Positions 37,753-50,748 of a DNA stretch of 64,000 bases are shown here, piece by piece. A program made the translations under genes and the position numbers. Below the pieces are notes generated by a model. The model was not told where the DNA came from. It was given only the letters and a program-made list of their open reading frames with translations, and did no database searches. The stretch is from Lama glama (Eukaryota). Position 1 is the first letter of the stretch; every line of letters begins with the position of its first letter. The stretch spans positions 80,602,001 to 80,666,000 of the forward strand of contig CM052816.1 of assembly GCA_028534125.1 (NCBI GenBank). Direction: 5' to 3'.

Positions 37753-38077
37753 AGTTAGAATGCTTATTCTGGATGTTCCCGTCACCCATCAGGAGGCAAA
37801 GTAGGCTGTGGTCTCAAGTTCAAGGTGAATTTTCCTGGTTTCTAAGCAGAGGTATACACATGAACTGAAGCTGGAAAATGAGCTGGGAGCCCGGGTGTTG
37901 GTGGGGGTGCTAGCGGGGTGCATTGCAGAATGAAGCTTCCAGGGAAGGAAGACCTCACACCCGGTTCTTGGCAGAGGTCGAGACAGCATGTCTTCAGACT
38001 GGTGCCCAGGTACAGTTAGCATTGAGCACAGTGTCCCACACCTCCCTTGAATTATCCGTTCTATCCATTCAGCAGAA

Positions 38078-38101
38078 TGGTGCTATTGGAAAATGGTGCT
38101 A
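38078..38101 (+). promoter_or_regulatory. Tandem pair of miR-29 8mer sites (TGGTGCTA x2)
   Basis: aaTGGTGCTAttggaaaaTGGTGCTAat at 38078-38085 and 38094-38101; complementary to the miR-29 seed AGCACCA plus the t1 A. Confidence 0.75.
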
Positions 38102-40125
38102 ATATCTAGATGGTGGCAGGACTAATATAAACAGATAAGTAGATGTACAAGCGGGCAAGTCCATATACATCTTGTGTTAAATGCGTAATGGTGTTGCTGG
38201 CCAATGCCACTTCTGCTAGGATTCCAGAGGCTTAAACGTTTTATATTATGTGCTTTTTTTTCCCCAAGCCATTACTGTGTATTATTCTGATAAATTCCTG
38301 TGGAAAATAAGACACTGGGGTTGGGATGAAATTTGAGATAGACCAGAAACAGGAGGAAAGTAGAAGTGTTTATCAAACCCAGGGAATTTATTTCTAGGTA
38401 ATAATTACTTGTTCTTGTATTCTCTGTTTTTAAATATAAACATTGCCGGCTGATGGCAGTCTCTGGTGAAATAACAGGCTTAGAGAGAAGGTGTTTAAAC
38501 TGTCAGTGATGGGAGTGGAAGAGAACCTGATTTTTTTTTCCTGATGAGGAAATTGGCAGAGACTGTCCCTGAAGCGTAGTGGAGGCTTTCAGGGGGATTC
38601 ATTTGTAAGCCGGATGGTCTAACTTACCCTGGTGCTCTGCTCTCCCAGGCTTATGCATGTCATCAGAGACCTAGATCTGATCAGTCTTACAGAACTCAGG
38701 AACAAACCCAGATTCCTACTGACCTCAACAAACTAAACTGGGCCAGGTTTCCCAATATGCAAAATGTTATTTATGACCCACAGGGCAAAGATGGTAGAAA
38801 CGGAAGGAGGGTCTGGCGAGGTGCTCCATTCTAGGCCTTTCTCTAGTTTCTCAAAAGGCAGAACAGTGGCCCCTAATCCTGCATCATGGACATTCACTTC
38901 CCGTATTGAGGCTGTGTTGTGAGACAGTTGTGTGGCATCTGTCATTCTAGACCCCAGGATGAAGATAGCGCTGGCTACTAGAGTCATCTGACATGGTTGA
39001 TGCCTTGTCAGGTCCCTGTGCCTGAGAAAAGAGAGGGGCCTTACATTAACAGGGAGACTCTGAAGACAAGAACCTAGATGGTGTCTCACCATTTTTGGGT
39101 GCTCGCGAGGGTCAGTATGAAGTAGCCTTGTTGGTGTTTTCATACATGGGCTCCTTTCCTCCCACTTAGAACAAGCAAGTGAGAAGTGTGGCGAGAAACA
39201 CTGGATACACGTCTACCGTGAACCACAGAGGGCCGCCACAGGGCCTGGTGCTTCAACACATGAAGGTTCTCAAACCCAGTTTGGTTTACACTGCCTTTCA
39301 TGCTGGTAGAGGTAGCTCTTCTCTGAACCGTATGGGTTAATTTAATTCTTCAACACTGAAGTATAATCCAGCACACTATGAGAAAACAATATTTCAAGAG
39401 ACTAAATCGTGATTACTTTTGTAAAACAGGAAGTCATTTTGTGATACAAGCAATTGCCTCTCTGTCGGAATGACTTATTTTAATGTTGGGTTTTCTTAAA
39501 CAAGAGTGCACCTCCGTCCAGTCTGACACCCAAGTCTCTACTTGGTGGTGTCATCCCAGTGTGATGCTTTCGGATGTTTAGTGAATGTTTTTGATAACCC
39601 TCAAGTTTCTGGAACACAATTTGAGGGATTTATGTTGCTTCAGATCATAATTTCCCAATCAATTGGTTAAAATCCTCCAAACTCTGAAAGCAACACATTG
39701 CTACCCCAGAGATGACAGGTCATAGCTCTTCTTTCTGACTTTAGGATCAAGCCCCTGGGAACAGTGAATCAGTGCATAGCGACTCATTTTCAAGAGACAG
39801 ATGACATGAACTATCTGGTGCTACAACTTAGCCAACATAATTGATGCTACTATTTTTTTTTATGCTACTCCTTTTTTTTTGTATTGCTAATTCAAATATT
39901 GTTAGTAGTATTTTATGTCATAAAAAAAAAAACACATGGTTGGGGAAGCACAATTTTACCTGTCACTGTCCCCCAGAGTGGTTGCATGATGTGCATGGCC
40001 TGATCCGTTGCCCTCCCTGCATCTCTGTGCTGCTTCGCCAGGCCCAACCTCCTTAAGGGGTACCTCAGGGGGTACCTCGGTATTTAAAACCAGACTGTAA
40101 CCATAGCCTGTCATTGTGTGGCATC

Positions 40126-40131
40126 AATAAA
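40126..40131 (+). terminator. Distal polyadenylation signal AATAAA
   Basis: gcatcAATAAAtggctagcctcactgatgtttccatgtg, with upstream TGTA (~40096), a CA about 12 nt downstream, then a GT/T-rich stretch. Confidence 0.65.
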
Positions 40132-40914
40132 TGGCTAGCCTCACTGATGTTTCCATGTGATTCATTTACCCTCTGCTGCGAGACTCCCACCACCCACCAG
40201 AGGAACCCTGGAATTGAGCAACCTGGGGGACGGTGCTATCAATTCCTTCCTCCCTGACTCCTTGCAGAAGCCCTTCTCCACCTCTAGATCCAGAAATCAC
40301 TAGATGAGACACATCCCAGGTGAGGCAGAACTTAGGTCTCTTCTCAAGAATCATTGTGCAACAGCTGACACCATCCACCATGTGATAATCTGAAGTGATA
40401 CCTGAAACCCTCCACCATTCCAGACCCCCATGTACTCAGACTTGCAGCTCACAGCATAACCTGGTCCCCCCACCTAGCCAAAGTGTAAAGACATAATGCT
40501 CAGGGGAAAGTAGTAGTAATGATGAAGAGGAATTCGCTTTGGAAATCCAATCCTTTTTCACAGCATAGTAAGTGTAACCAGCAGTTGTAGCGTTTAGACA
40601 GACGGACATGGAATCCACTCGCATGGAGTGAGCAAAAGCACCAAGGCGGGAGGAGTGAGGCGTGCACGGTGGCCCCTAGAATGTTTGAGGGCATGAACAG
40701 GGGTGGTAGGAATCTGGTTTGGGTTAAGAAGATACCACAGAGGGCCATGAAGCTCTGTCTCTGTTTGTACCTTGAAAATGCTTCTGTGACCACTGGGGAA
40801 CTCTTTATCTTCCAAGGCTCAGCTCAAATACTGTTTCCCTGAGGAGCCTACACTAACCCTGCCAGAGAGACTGGGGCACTTCTCTGCCCCTCCTTCACTG
40901 TGTCCATTTTCCTC

Positions 40915-41068
40915 TAGAAAGGGGTTCTTATTTGGGGACAGTTTTGTCCCCTCCTACTCAGAAGCCAAGGAGGCTGCTAAACTTCCTACAGGACCGTCCC
41001 TCCCATCAACAAAGAATTGTCTGGCTCAAAATGTCAATAGTTTCGAAGCTGCAGGCTCTGCCCTAGAA
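40915..41068. mobile_element. MER20-like DNA transposon remnant within L2-like sequence
   Basis: ggttcttatttggggacagttttgtcccc...gaggctgctaaacttcctacagg...caacaaagaattgtctggctcaaaatgtcaatagt. Confidence 0.7.
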
Positions 41069-42094
41069 CAGTTATCACCCTGGAGTGAGGCACAGGGTTC
41101 CTGGGGAGAGTAAGACTGAGCTCACCCTGACACTCAGCCCTCACAAAGAACTGATGAGGTGGGTCAGCAAACTTACAAAAAGAAAAAGATAAATACCAGG
41201 GTTCGAAGCCCACTAGCTTAATAAAATCACCTTAATGTCAGAGCGGGGAGAGGGTAGCAAGCTTAGCTCCAAAAGAGTCTTGAATGAGCTGCTGGGGCTC
41301 AGGTGTTCAATCCTAGAGCCGGGGAAAATTAAGCAAAAGCAGATAAAGTGGAAAAGTGACATATAGGTGGTTTGGAATAATCCTCCTCCTCCAACTGAGG
41401 CTTCTAACCAGAGTAGACAGAATCAGCCAGGTCGAAGCCACAGCTTCAGTAACGGTGAAGCTGGCTTGGAGAGCATATTATGGAGGGAAGCATTTTCAAA
41501 GTGAAATACATATTGTGAAGTATGGAGTATAATTTTTAAAATAAAATAGGAAACTTCAAGGGTATTTCCTCAGTCATGGGGTGTGGCATCAATCAAGCCT
41601 CTGGGCCTCTCTCCTGTCTTTGGTGGAAATGCTTAAGGCTGGATTCAGTGCCCTCTGAAGTCAGATGTGCTCTGATCTGTGACGTGATGACTTCCTCCAA
41701 TGTGGCCACTGTGAAAATCCCACTGGACATCGCCCTCCGTTTACTCGGTTCCTCACTGCAATCCCCCACCAACGGCTCTTTATATGCTAATCCAATTTTT
41801 CCTGGCACCATCAGTAATGCTTTGATGGCTACTGACTTGTCTTTTCCTCTCCCTTCCTCACCCTGCACTGTCCTGGAGCTAATCATGGGCAAGATGCCCA
41901 TTGAAACAGTGGGACTCTTCCGGTTTCAGCCCACGGCAGCCCATTGCTGTGTTCTTCAGACCATGACTGAGAATGGAATGAGCAACCCATTCAGGGCACT
42001 TAAACGTGTGGGCTGGGCTAGTCTGTTTACACTGGTCAGAGGCAGGAGGCTGCAGGGCCACTCCTCCCGGCTGAGACAAACTGCCATGTCCCCA

Positions 42095-42890
42095 TTAAGA
42101 CTGCTGCAACCCAAGCCACCCCCAAATCTAGTGGTGTAAGAACCACCACCGCTTTATCATGCTCACAGATCCTGTGGGTCAGAGATTCAGACAGCACACA
42201 GGGATGGCTTGTTTCTGCTCCACAGTGTAGAGAACTGCAAAAATTTGGCAGGAATGACTCCGTCCAAACCCCTGCATTAACAGATGTGACCAAACTCTAG
42301 GATGGATTTTAGCAGCTTAAGGCCGTGTCCCTGGAATGACCCAGCCCCTACTGAGTTCTGGTCTGGAAAACCTCAAGCGTGCCAAAAGAATTTAGTGTTT
42401 GTTCCAGCCAGCACTTGGATAGGCCCCTGACCTCTCTTTCTCAGAGCATTTATTAAAAACTTACCATTGTAAATCCTTTCTCTGTCCGTTTGAAATGTAT
42501 ATGTATTGTCTACAACCCAGAAGTGCCTTTGTCAAGGACCTGAAAACCATTCCTTTGAAAAGTAATCATCTGGAAGGACAGAGCATCTGTCTCCCAGGCC
42601 CTGTGGGAGAGGAAACGCTGAACTTTTGAAAAATGCCGGTTAGACACAGATGACCTAAACACACTGACTCTGACCAACTCTTTTATCTGATTTTAGTAGG
42701 TTTTCGCTTCCTTCTCTGCTCACTCCCGCTCCGTACTCTCTCACTCTCCCTTTAAAACATCCAGTCACCTCAACACAAATTGGAATTGAGCTCACAACAC
42801 TGCAGTCCCTTCCCATACTCAAGGAGGAAAGGACATCGACCTACCTCTCAGAGGAGAAAGTGCCAAATAATTGATTTAAAACCACCACAT
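42095..42890. mobile_element. MLT1-type LTR interrupted by an ERV1-like solo LTR (~42226-42800)
   Basis: MLT1 start (cccaaatctagtggtgtaagaac...atgctcacagatcctgtgggtcagagattcagacag) and end (gatttaaaaccaccaca) flank a segment with ERV1 LTR-like motifs (tcaaggacctgaaaaccattcctttgaaa...tctgtctcccagg). Confidence 0.55.
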
Positions 42891-42914
42891 GCACCAAGTT
42901 CTAAGCTCTATGTA

Positions 42915-43268
42915 CAGTAGAACTTAATCGTTTGCAGATTCCACCTTTGCAAATTTGTCTATTTGTTAAAATGTATTTTTAAACTCCAAACCATTACTAG
43001 CAGTGCTCAAGGACACGTGCAAAGCAGTGGAAAATGTGAGTCACTGACACGCATGTTCCTGGCGGAGGCTGAACAAGGCGATGCTCTGCCTGTTTGTTTC
43101 AGCTCTCAGGCTGCAAAAAAGGCAAAATTTTCACAGTCTGTTTAGTGCCATGTTTTTCACATTTTAGTGCTTTTTTTTTATTTTGTGCCATAAAATGGCC
43201 TCCAAGTGTAGTGCTGCCTGGTGTTCCTAAGAGCAAGGTGGCTGTGATGTGCTCAAGCTTGAGAAAAC
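42915..43268 (+). mobile_element. MER82-like Tigger DNA transposon fragment
   Basis: TA|cagtag...tttgcagattcc...tttgcaaatttgtctatttgttaaaat...gaggctgaacaaggcgatgctctgcc...tttcagctctca. Confidence 0.75.
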
Positions 43269-43364
43269 ACTGGGTTAGAGGGATCACCACAGAACATCCA
43301 TGATATAACCATGAGGGTTGGAATAAAGCATTCAGGTTGTATTCTATCATTAACCTGAACGACA

Positions 43365-43728
43365 TACAGTTCCAGCCCAAAAAGCTTGCACAAGACCGCT
43401 CATACAGCTTTATTCAAAACAGTCAAAACACTGGAAACAGTCGTGTCCATCAACAGCAGAATGGATAAATGAACTATGATATACTTACACAATGGAATAT
43501 TACTCAGCAACAAAAAGGAACGAACTATAGGTACAACTAACAATATGCAAGAACCTCAAGAAGTTATGCTGAGTGCAAGCAGTTTTATCCAAAAGAAGAC
43601 ATACTATATAATTCTTTTTTAAAAAATAAAATTTGGAAGCAGGGAAAACCAACTTACAAAGGAAAAAATCAGAATAAGGATTGGGTGGGAGTGGGAATTG
43701 ACTAGAAAGAGGCAAATGGAGCACTGTT
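43365..43728 (+). mobile_element. Old L1 (L1ME/MC-like) 3' fragment, followed by a MER5A-like half at ~43730-43840
   Basis: cagctttattcaaaacagtcaaaacactggaaac...gtccatcaacagcagaatggataaat...acaatggaatattactcagcaacaaaaaggaacgaacta. Confidence 0.75.
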
Positions 43729-43849
43729 GGGCTTCAACCCCAGAACTTCTGATTCAGAACCAAGAATTTGCATTGCTAATAAGTTTCCAAGTGATGCTGA
43801 AGCAGCTGGTCTTGGGAATCACACTTTGAGAACCGCTGCTCTAACCTAG

Positions 43850-44320
43850 CCTTGCTTGACTGATACAGCAGATAGCTTGGGTGCCCTTTCACATTCCTAA
43901 AGCCCGTTTCAGTTCTGTATGAGCCCAGGGTCATCGTGCTTCAAGCACGTGCCAGACATCAGTTTGCTTTCTGCCCCAGAGCACCTCATGTACGTGCAGC
44001 TCTGAAGTACCGGGGAGTTAAGACTGCTGGGGGGCAACTCTCAACCAATGGGAAATAAACTAGTGGGTAAATGTTCTGGTCCTCTATCCACCAGGTGAAT
44101 AAATCTGGAGGATTCTGCATCCTTTGTAGAGGGCCTGGCAATGTTGAGCCCCAGATGCCCACAGTGGCAACCTCTATGACACACCCTGAAGTTGGCTTTT
44201 CTCCTTCCCTGTCTCACTCTTGCTGCTCCCACACCTCTGTTTCCTGAGATCACCTTCCTAGTAAACTACTCTCATCCAAGTTCTTATCTCAGGCGCTGCT
44301 TTGGGGGAACATAACTAAAT
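43850..44320 (+). mobile_element. LTR16-like ERVL solo LTR
   Basis: cttccctgtctcactc...tttcctgagatcaccttcctagtaaactactctcatccaag...tctcaggcgctgctttgggggaac terminus. Confidence 0.65.
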
Positions 44321-45436
44321 TAAGATAATTGAGTGTATGTTGGTAGATGAAAGGATGCTGAATATAATTGCAAGGACAGCATCTGACTTTTACAGTAGAA
44401 AATGAAGGTGGTAGACAGCAGCTTTGAATATGCTGCCCCCTTATCAGATTTGGTGTTTTCTGTTGGATCCTAGGGTTCCTACTCGGTTCTTCTGCAGACC
44501 AGGATCTATGTGCTCTCATAGTCTGACCTTGCTTGGAGCGGAGCCCAAGGGGGCCAGCTGGTGTCACCGGGATGAATACGAAGGGCGTGGTGTCAAGCTC
44601 CGCTCTTCCCGCTGATCAGTTGTGCCTGTTTCTCTGGACACTCCCTGGATTCTGACCTTTAGTTTTCCAGATGCTCTGCCTGATCTCTGAGCCTCTTGGA
44701 GAAGCTCTTGATCACAAATGTAACGCCTCAAATTTCAGAAGTGAATCCTACTTCCTTCGGATTAAGTCACTTTGCCTGACCCTTGTCTGTCAAGAGAAGG
44801 ATTGGTTAAAACAGCATTTCCCAGCCTCTTCAGATATGGAACATGGAAAGATGGCCGTACATGCCTGGCCTGGTGCAGTAAACCGATGAGACCAGCAGTG
44901 ACCAGGCCTGGCCACTCTGAGCACTGGGGGTTCTGCATCTCAGGCTTACCCCAGTCCCGAGATATTAAATGCAGAAACTGTCACTACTTACAGGAACAAG
45001 AACAACAACTCTCTGAAATATCGTCAACCCCTACTAAGGAGGTATTTGAGGACAACAAGCCCAGCCCTGGGTGCCCTCCGTTTTCTTACATCCCAAGTGG
45101 CCAAGCTAACAAACTCAGATCTCCACTCCCCTTATAGCCCCTTCCTGACACATCTCTGGAGACTGATGCTAGGCATCTTCCAGGACAAGGGTCATTCTCT
45201 TGGCCTCCTGTCTCCCTTTTCCAAACCTCTCCTGGTTTTGCCTTATCTCAGACCTGTACATCCAGGGTCAAACTATACACTTTCATATGGCCCCAGGCCA
45301 TCCTTATTGCCTTGGTTGCAAACCTGGACCTAGTCATGTGTGGGCTGCCCCTAGTAGCTTGTCTTCAGGGAAAGAAAAATCTGTGCTCCCAGGACCATTC
45401 ACAGAGCTGACATTTCTCATTTAAAATGAACACCAG

Positions 45437-46920
45437 AGATTAGGCCAAGATGGTGGAGAGTAAGAACCTTGAGCTCACCCCCTCTCAAGAGCACACCAAA
45501 ATCACCACTAACTGCTGAACAACCATCGATTAAAAAAGACTGAAACCTACCAAAAAAGATCTACTACTGGACACGTAGCTACATGTAAAATAATGAAATG
45601 AGGACATTCTCTAACTCCATATGCACAAATAAACTGAAAATGGATTAAAGACTTAAATGTAAGACCAGATACTTAAAAACTCCTAGAGGAAAACGTAGGC
45701 AGAACATTGTTTGACATAAACCACGGCAGTATTTTTTTGAACCAGCTCCTAGAGTAATGGAAATAAAAGCAAAAATAAACAAATGGGGCTTAATTAAACG
45801 TAAATGCTTTTGCAGAGCTAAGAAGACCATAAATAAAATGAAAAGACAAGCTACAGAATGGGAGGAAATACTTACAAACCATGAAACCAACAAGGGATTT
45901 CCAAAATACACAAACATCTCATATAGCGCAATTAAAAAAAACAAAAAACAAGCAATAAATGGGCAGAGGATCTAAGCAGACATTTTTTCCAAAGAATACA
46001 TATAGATGGCAAGCAGGCACATGAAAAGATGTTCAATATTGCTAATTATTAGAGAAATGCAAATCAAAACTACAGTGAACTATCACCTCACAGTGGTCAG
46101 AATGGCCATCATTAAAAAGTCTACAAATAATGCTGGAGAGGGTGTGGAGGAAAAGGAACCCTCCTACATTATTGGTGGGAATGTAAATTGGTGCAGCCAT
46201 AATGGAGAACAGTATGGAGATTCCTTAAAAAAAGGAAAAATAGACTTACATGATCCAGCAATCCCACTCCTGGGCATATAACTAGAGAAAAGTATAATTT
46301 CAAAAGACACATGCACTCCAATATTCATAGCAGCACTATTTACAATAGCCAAGACATGGAAGCAACCTAAATGTTCATCAACAGATGACTGGATACAGAA
46401 GATGTGGAGAGATATATATATACACACACATATATATACATACATACACACACAACGGCATATTACTCAGCCATAAAAATGGAAATAATGACATTTGCAG
46501 CAATATGGATATACCTAGAGATTATCATACTAAGTGCAGTAGCCAGAGAAAGACAAATGTCATATAATACCGCTTACTGCATATGGAATGTAAAAAAAAG
46601 GATACAAATGAACTTATTTACAAAACAGAAAGAGACTCACAGACATAGAAAAAATCTTATGGTTACCAAAGGGGAAAGGAGGGGAGGGATAAATTAGGAG
46701 TTTGGGATTAATGTATACACACTACTACATGTAAAACAGATAACCAGCAAGGACCTACTGTACAGCATAGGGAACACAATATCTTGTGATAACCTATAAT
46801 GGAAAAGAATCTGAAGAGGAATGTGTGTGTGTGTGTATAACTGAATCATTTTGCTATAATTCCTGAAATTAACACACCATTGTAAATCAACTATAGTTCA
46901 ATAAAACAATAAAAAATATG
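45437..46920 (+). mobile_element. Internally deleted L1: 5' UTR start joined to ORF2 C-terminal region, 3' UTR and tail, with TSD
   Basis: 5' motif ggccaagatggtggag (YY1-type L1 start). ORF2 remnants KINKWGLIKRKCFCRAKKTINKMKRQATEWE (45757..45975) and [19 protein letters not shown] (46006..46281). TSD aaaTgaacaccag 45424-45436 / aaaGgaacaccag 46921-46933. Confidence 0.88.
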
Positions 46921-49900
46921 AAAGGAACACCAGGTCTCAATAGGAAAGAAGGCCTCTTGTGAGGAGAAATGAGAGTGGCAGACAATGGCGCTGCTGATCA
47001 GCTAATAAGCAGGAACACCTTTCCCCAGCTCAGTGGAAATAACTGTAAACCAAGTCCAACGGGTGGAGCCGCGGGGGACCAGCTTAAATCCACAGCTGTA
47101 CAAAACAGCAATTTGTTTTTGGCTGATTGTCTTGTGTTTGTTTTTGATTTCAGACAACGGATGAGCTAACGAAGCATGAGATTGAATTAGCTCTCCTTGG
47201 CCCTTGCGGATTGAGGAATGGATTAGTTATGTATTGCTGGGGAGCCAATTGCCCTTTACTGCCTTTACGATCCACTGAAGAGCAGAACATTAACAAAAGT
47301 TCCCCGTTTCTCTGGTGCTTGGGGACATGGGCATATGAATGCATCTGAACCTCAGCAGGTGAGGAGAAAAGATACAAACTGACAAACATTCCTTCCCTCC
47401 TTCTTAGCGCGATGAAACGCTGGAGCAATTTAAACTTAAATTGTCAGATTATTTGGAGCAGGAAGTGGGCAAGTGAAGATGGTACAGCTGTGGGCCTCTA
47501 TTGTTGGGAATTATTTTTTCAAGATAATCACCAAACTGAAGTCTTGCTGACTATTCATTTGTGCCACAGTATCCCTAAGCTCATATTTATGTTTTTAGAA
47601 CAGAATTCCAAAGGCCAGCTTCCCCCAAGATGCATTTACTAGGCTACAGTCATGATTTCTGAGGTGCCAAGTAGGAGGAGAAAATATCCAGTCTGGCCAA
47701 ATTAACAAAGAAGGGTTTTCTGGGGCTCTGAGCAGGTGGCTTGGTAGACGACCTTCTGGGCCATGTCTAGTTTGACACAATGTTGTCTGGGGTCTTTGGG
47801 GAATGAGAGTTGTCCTCCTTCCACGTGAGACTGTGTAGGTGGAACAGTGGAAACCTAGCATTAGCCTAATTCCCTGCTTCCTGCCTTCATTCACTTGCTC
47901 ACTAAAGATTCTATTGACTTGCAACCAGCACCGTACTTTAAACTCTGGTTAGTTCAAAGCAGCATTAAGACAAGTCCTCACCCTCAACAAATTTGCCATC
48001 CAGCAGAGAGCTAACCCAAACTTCTAAAAAGGTAAATTCAAAAACAAAATACAGTAAAAGAGAATAATTCAAAGAAACCACCAAGCAGAACAGTACATAG
48101 GGAATTAGAATAACAAACCATTATGGTTTGGAAAGGTCCCCCACAGGGAGAAAAATCATGAGAAACCCAGTCTCAGCTCAGTGTCTCATTTAAAGGAAGA
48201 GTCCTACCACCAAAAGCAAGTGGGAAGTAATTTCAAACTCTCCCAGCCTCTCCCAAAGAGCAGGAAGGAGGGCAGCATAAAACCTACAGCCATGTTTTAA
48301 ACCAGTTCTTTCTTCTCCTTTCTAGTTGCCCCACTGTCAGAGAAGCTAATTTACTTAAATCCTAATTCTTCCTGCAGGAAGAAGGGTCAAGAAGCCCCAA
48401 CTCTTCCCTATTCGTCCAGCTTCTCCAGGCCTGAGTCTACCTAACCATTCCCCTCCATGGGCAGCACAACGCCCAGGAATGTTCTCGTCAATGACAGGAC
48501 TCACCTTAGAGGGTAAGGACAGGAGGGAAGCTGGGCAGGCAAGAACAAAGCACAGGTTTTCTTCAGCAGGCCATTAGTTTAGGATGAAATTGGGGAAAGC
48601 GAACACAGCAGCATTGATGCAATTTCTTCCTGACACTAGTAAGGTCACCAGGTGGGTGGGGTTGGCCACCTGAAGAAGTAACCCCGGGTGATGCGCTGTC
48701 AGACGTGGTCAGGGTGATAAGACACTGGCAGTCATGGTCTCTTGGAGGAATACTGTTTACTATCCTTATTTATTCCAACATTTGATCTGTGATTTAGCCA
48801 AACAATTCTAAACCTACTTATTTTTACTTAATAGACCTAGGAATGTTAATCAATTCAATGCCTAGTCTATAACACATGCTATAAAAATCATGTGCACACA
48901 TGTCTGTGTGAAGCAGAAAGGTCGTCTGTTAATGAGTGTTTGCTCTGTATTCATTTATTTTGGCTTCTGCTAACCTTTCCTTGCAAAGAAGGAAGAGCAG
49001 TCACCAATGTCTCAAGGAAAAAATGTTTAAAGGAAAATTAAATTTTTTCCTACTTCAATGTATTCACTTCTAACTGGCAAATGGTTCCCTGGCATCTAAC
49101 TTTTGGTTGGGGTTCATGGAACCCTGGCAAATCTGTGTTTATTTCCCAAGTCAAAGCAGTCAGAGTTGGAACTGGAAATCCATCCTGGCTATGCCAACCT
49201 GTGAAAGCTAGCTGAGGTCCCATTGACAAATTGATCTCTTGAGGGAGAAAAATGGAAAAGGGAGTCATTGTCTTCATAGTGCCTAGAGGAGGCAGGTAAA
49301 GATAAAATATTCATGTGGTTTTCCACCACTTTCCAGAAGAAAAAAACATCATTCACCACCCTATACAACTATCACCTTCGGCTGATAAATTTCTCCTGGA
49401 AATATAATAAATTGACATTCTGATTTATACATCAATTTCCTGTGAGTTAGGTTAGTAAAGGTCAATACCTTTAAATCAGATAAAATTCAGCTTCTAAACT
49501 GAAGGTCAGACCTTAGATTATTATTGATCCATCCCCCAAAAATGCCACCTCTTGAGGCCCAGTGTGAGCAGCCAGCTGATCACCCCCTAAAGCAGCAAAA
49601 CCTCTGCTCTTCCTGATCTCACGTGGCAAATGACTGGTAGGAATAATAAGCTCTGAGAATTCCACCATCTGGCATAGTACCTAGAACGTAGTGAGAATTT
49701 AATAACTTTTGTTCAAATTATCTTTTTTTCTGTTCATCAATTCATAGGAGAGATGTGTAGTCAATAAGTTAAAAGTTGATAGAGGAGGAGGAGGCAGAGG
49801 TGAGAATGCCCAGGTCACGCTTAGGAACATGAAAACAGCCTATCTGGGATGGGGGACGTTTTGTGTGTGTGTGTGTGTGTAGGAGCAGAACTGAGGAGTG

Positions 49901-50748
49901 AAATCCCAAGGAGGCTGAAATGCAGAGGCAGTGTCCTGCCCTATCCACCCACCATGGCAGGAGACCAAGGGCACAGCGGGGGCCATCCCAGGTTGGACTT
50001 CCTCCCAGTCCTTACACGGTACTGAACTCTTCTATCTGTGTTAATCCTCGCCTTCTGCAGCCCAGGCAGTAGAGGGAGGCATGTGCCAGGTTTGTCTAAA
50101 ACTGCCTAAGGTTATTCCATCAGGCAAGAGATTGCCTGCCCATTCTGGGCCCTGAGACAGGCTTGCTTTACACTCACTGCAAGCATTTGTGGGGCCTGGA
50201 GTAAGAGAACAACTGAAGATCCACATACCAAATGTCTAAATGTTTAAAAGTTATCAGATAAGCTATGTGCTGGGCCCGGACCACTGCCTGGGATCACTCT
50301 TGTGACTGGAAGCTAAATGAGCCATCTCTGGGCCAGCACTACCTCCTCAGACTCTGGTGGCCCACATCCAGGACTGAACCCAAGTCCATGATAGAGACTT
50401 GGAGACTGACCTGGCCAAGCTCCCCAGAGGGTCAGGACAGGTTAGCTCCCATCCCCTGTGTCTTACTATTCCAGTTCATCATCTGCAGGCAGTTCTAAAC
50501 ACCTTCCCAAACCACATCATTGGAGCAGAGCGAAGAGAGGGGCCACAGTTACCTGGGGAATTTGGTCTGCCCAGAGCCCCTGGATGCTCCTTACACGCTT
50601 TGCAGTGGCCTTCTTTAAGCCAGAGCAGCTACTCTCTCTTTGGTTTCCTTGGGTCCTTGGGTCCAGGCTGTCATTTTCACCTCCCTAGTCTGCACTCACA
50701 GGTTCTCAGACCCACATCCTCCTGTGACCTGGGGATATACACTGAGTA

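Larger units (their letters stand above)
36566..40150 (+). other. ADAMTS12: Probable ADAMTS12 3' UTR (~3.6 kb); 3' end inferred
   Basis: Follows the stop codon, is poor in recognisable repeats, carries many miR-29 seed matches, and ends at a well-formed poly(A) signal. Confidence 0.7.

Noticed and set aside
41576..42139. 187 aa ORF downstream of the gene
   Set aside because: No recognisable homology, Cys/Leu/Ser-rich random composition, and it ends inside an MLT1 LTR.
45757..46281. L1 ORF2-like peptides as a functional gene
   Set aside because: Fragmented by stops and frameshifts; the endonuclease and reverse-transcriptase regions are missing.
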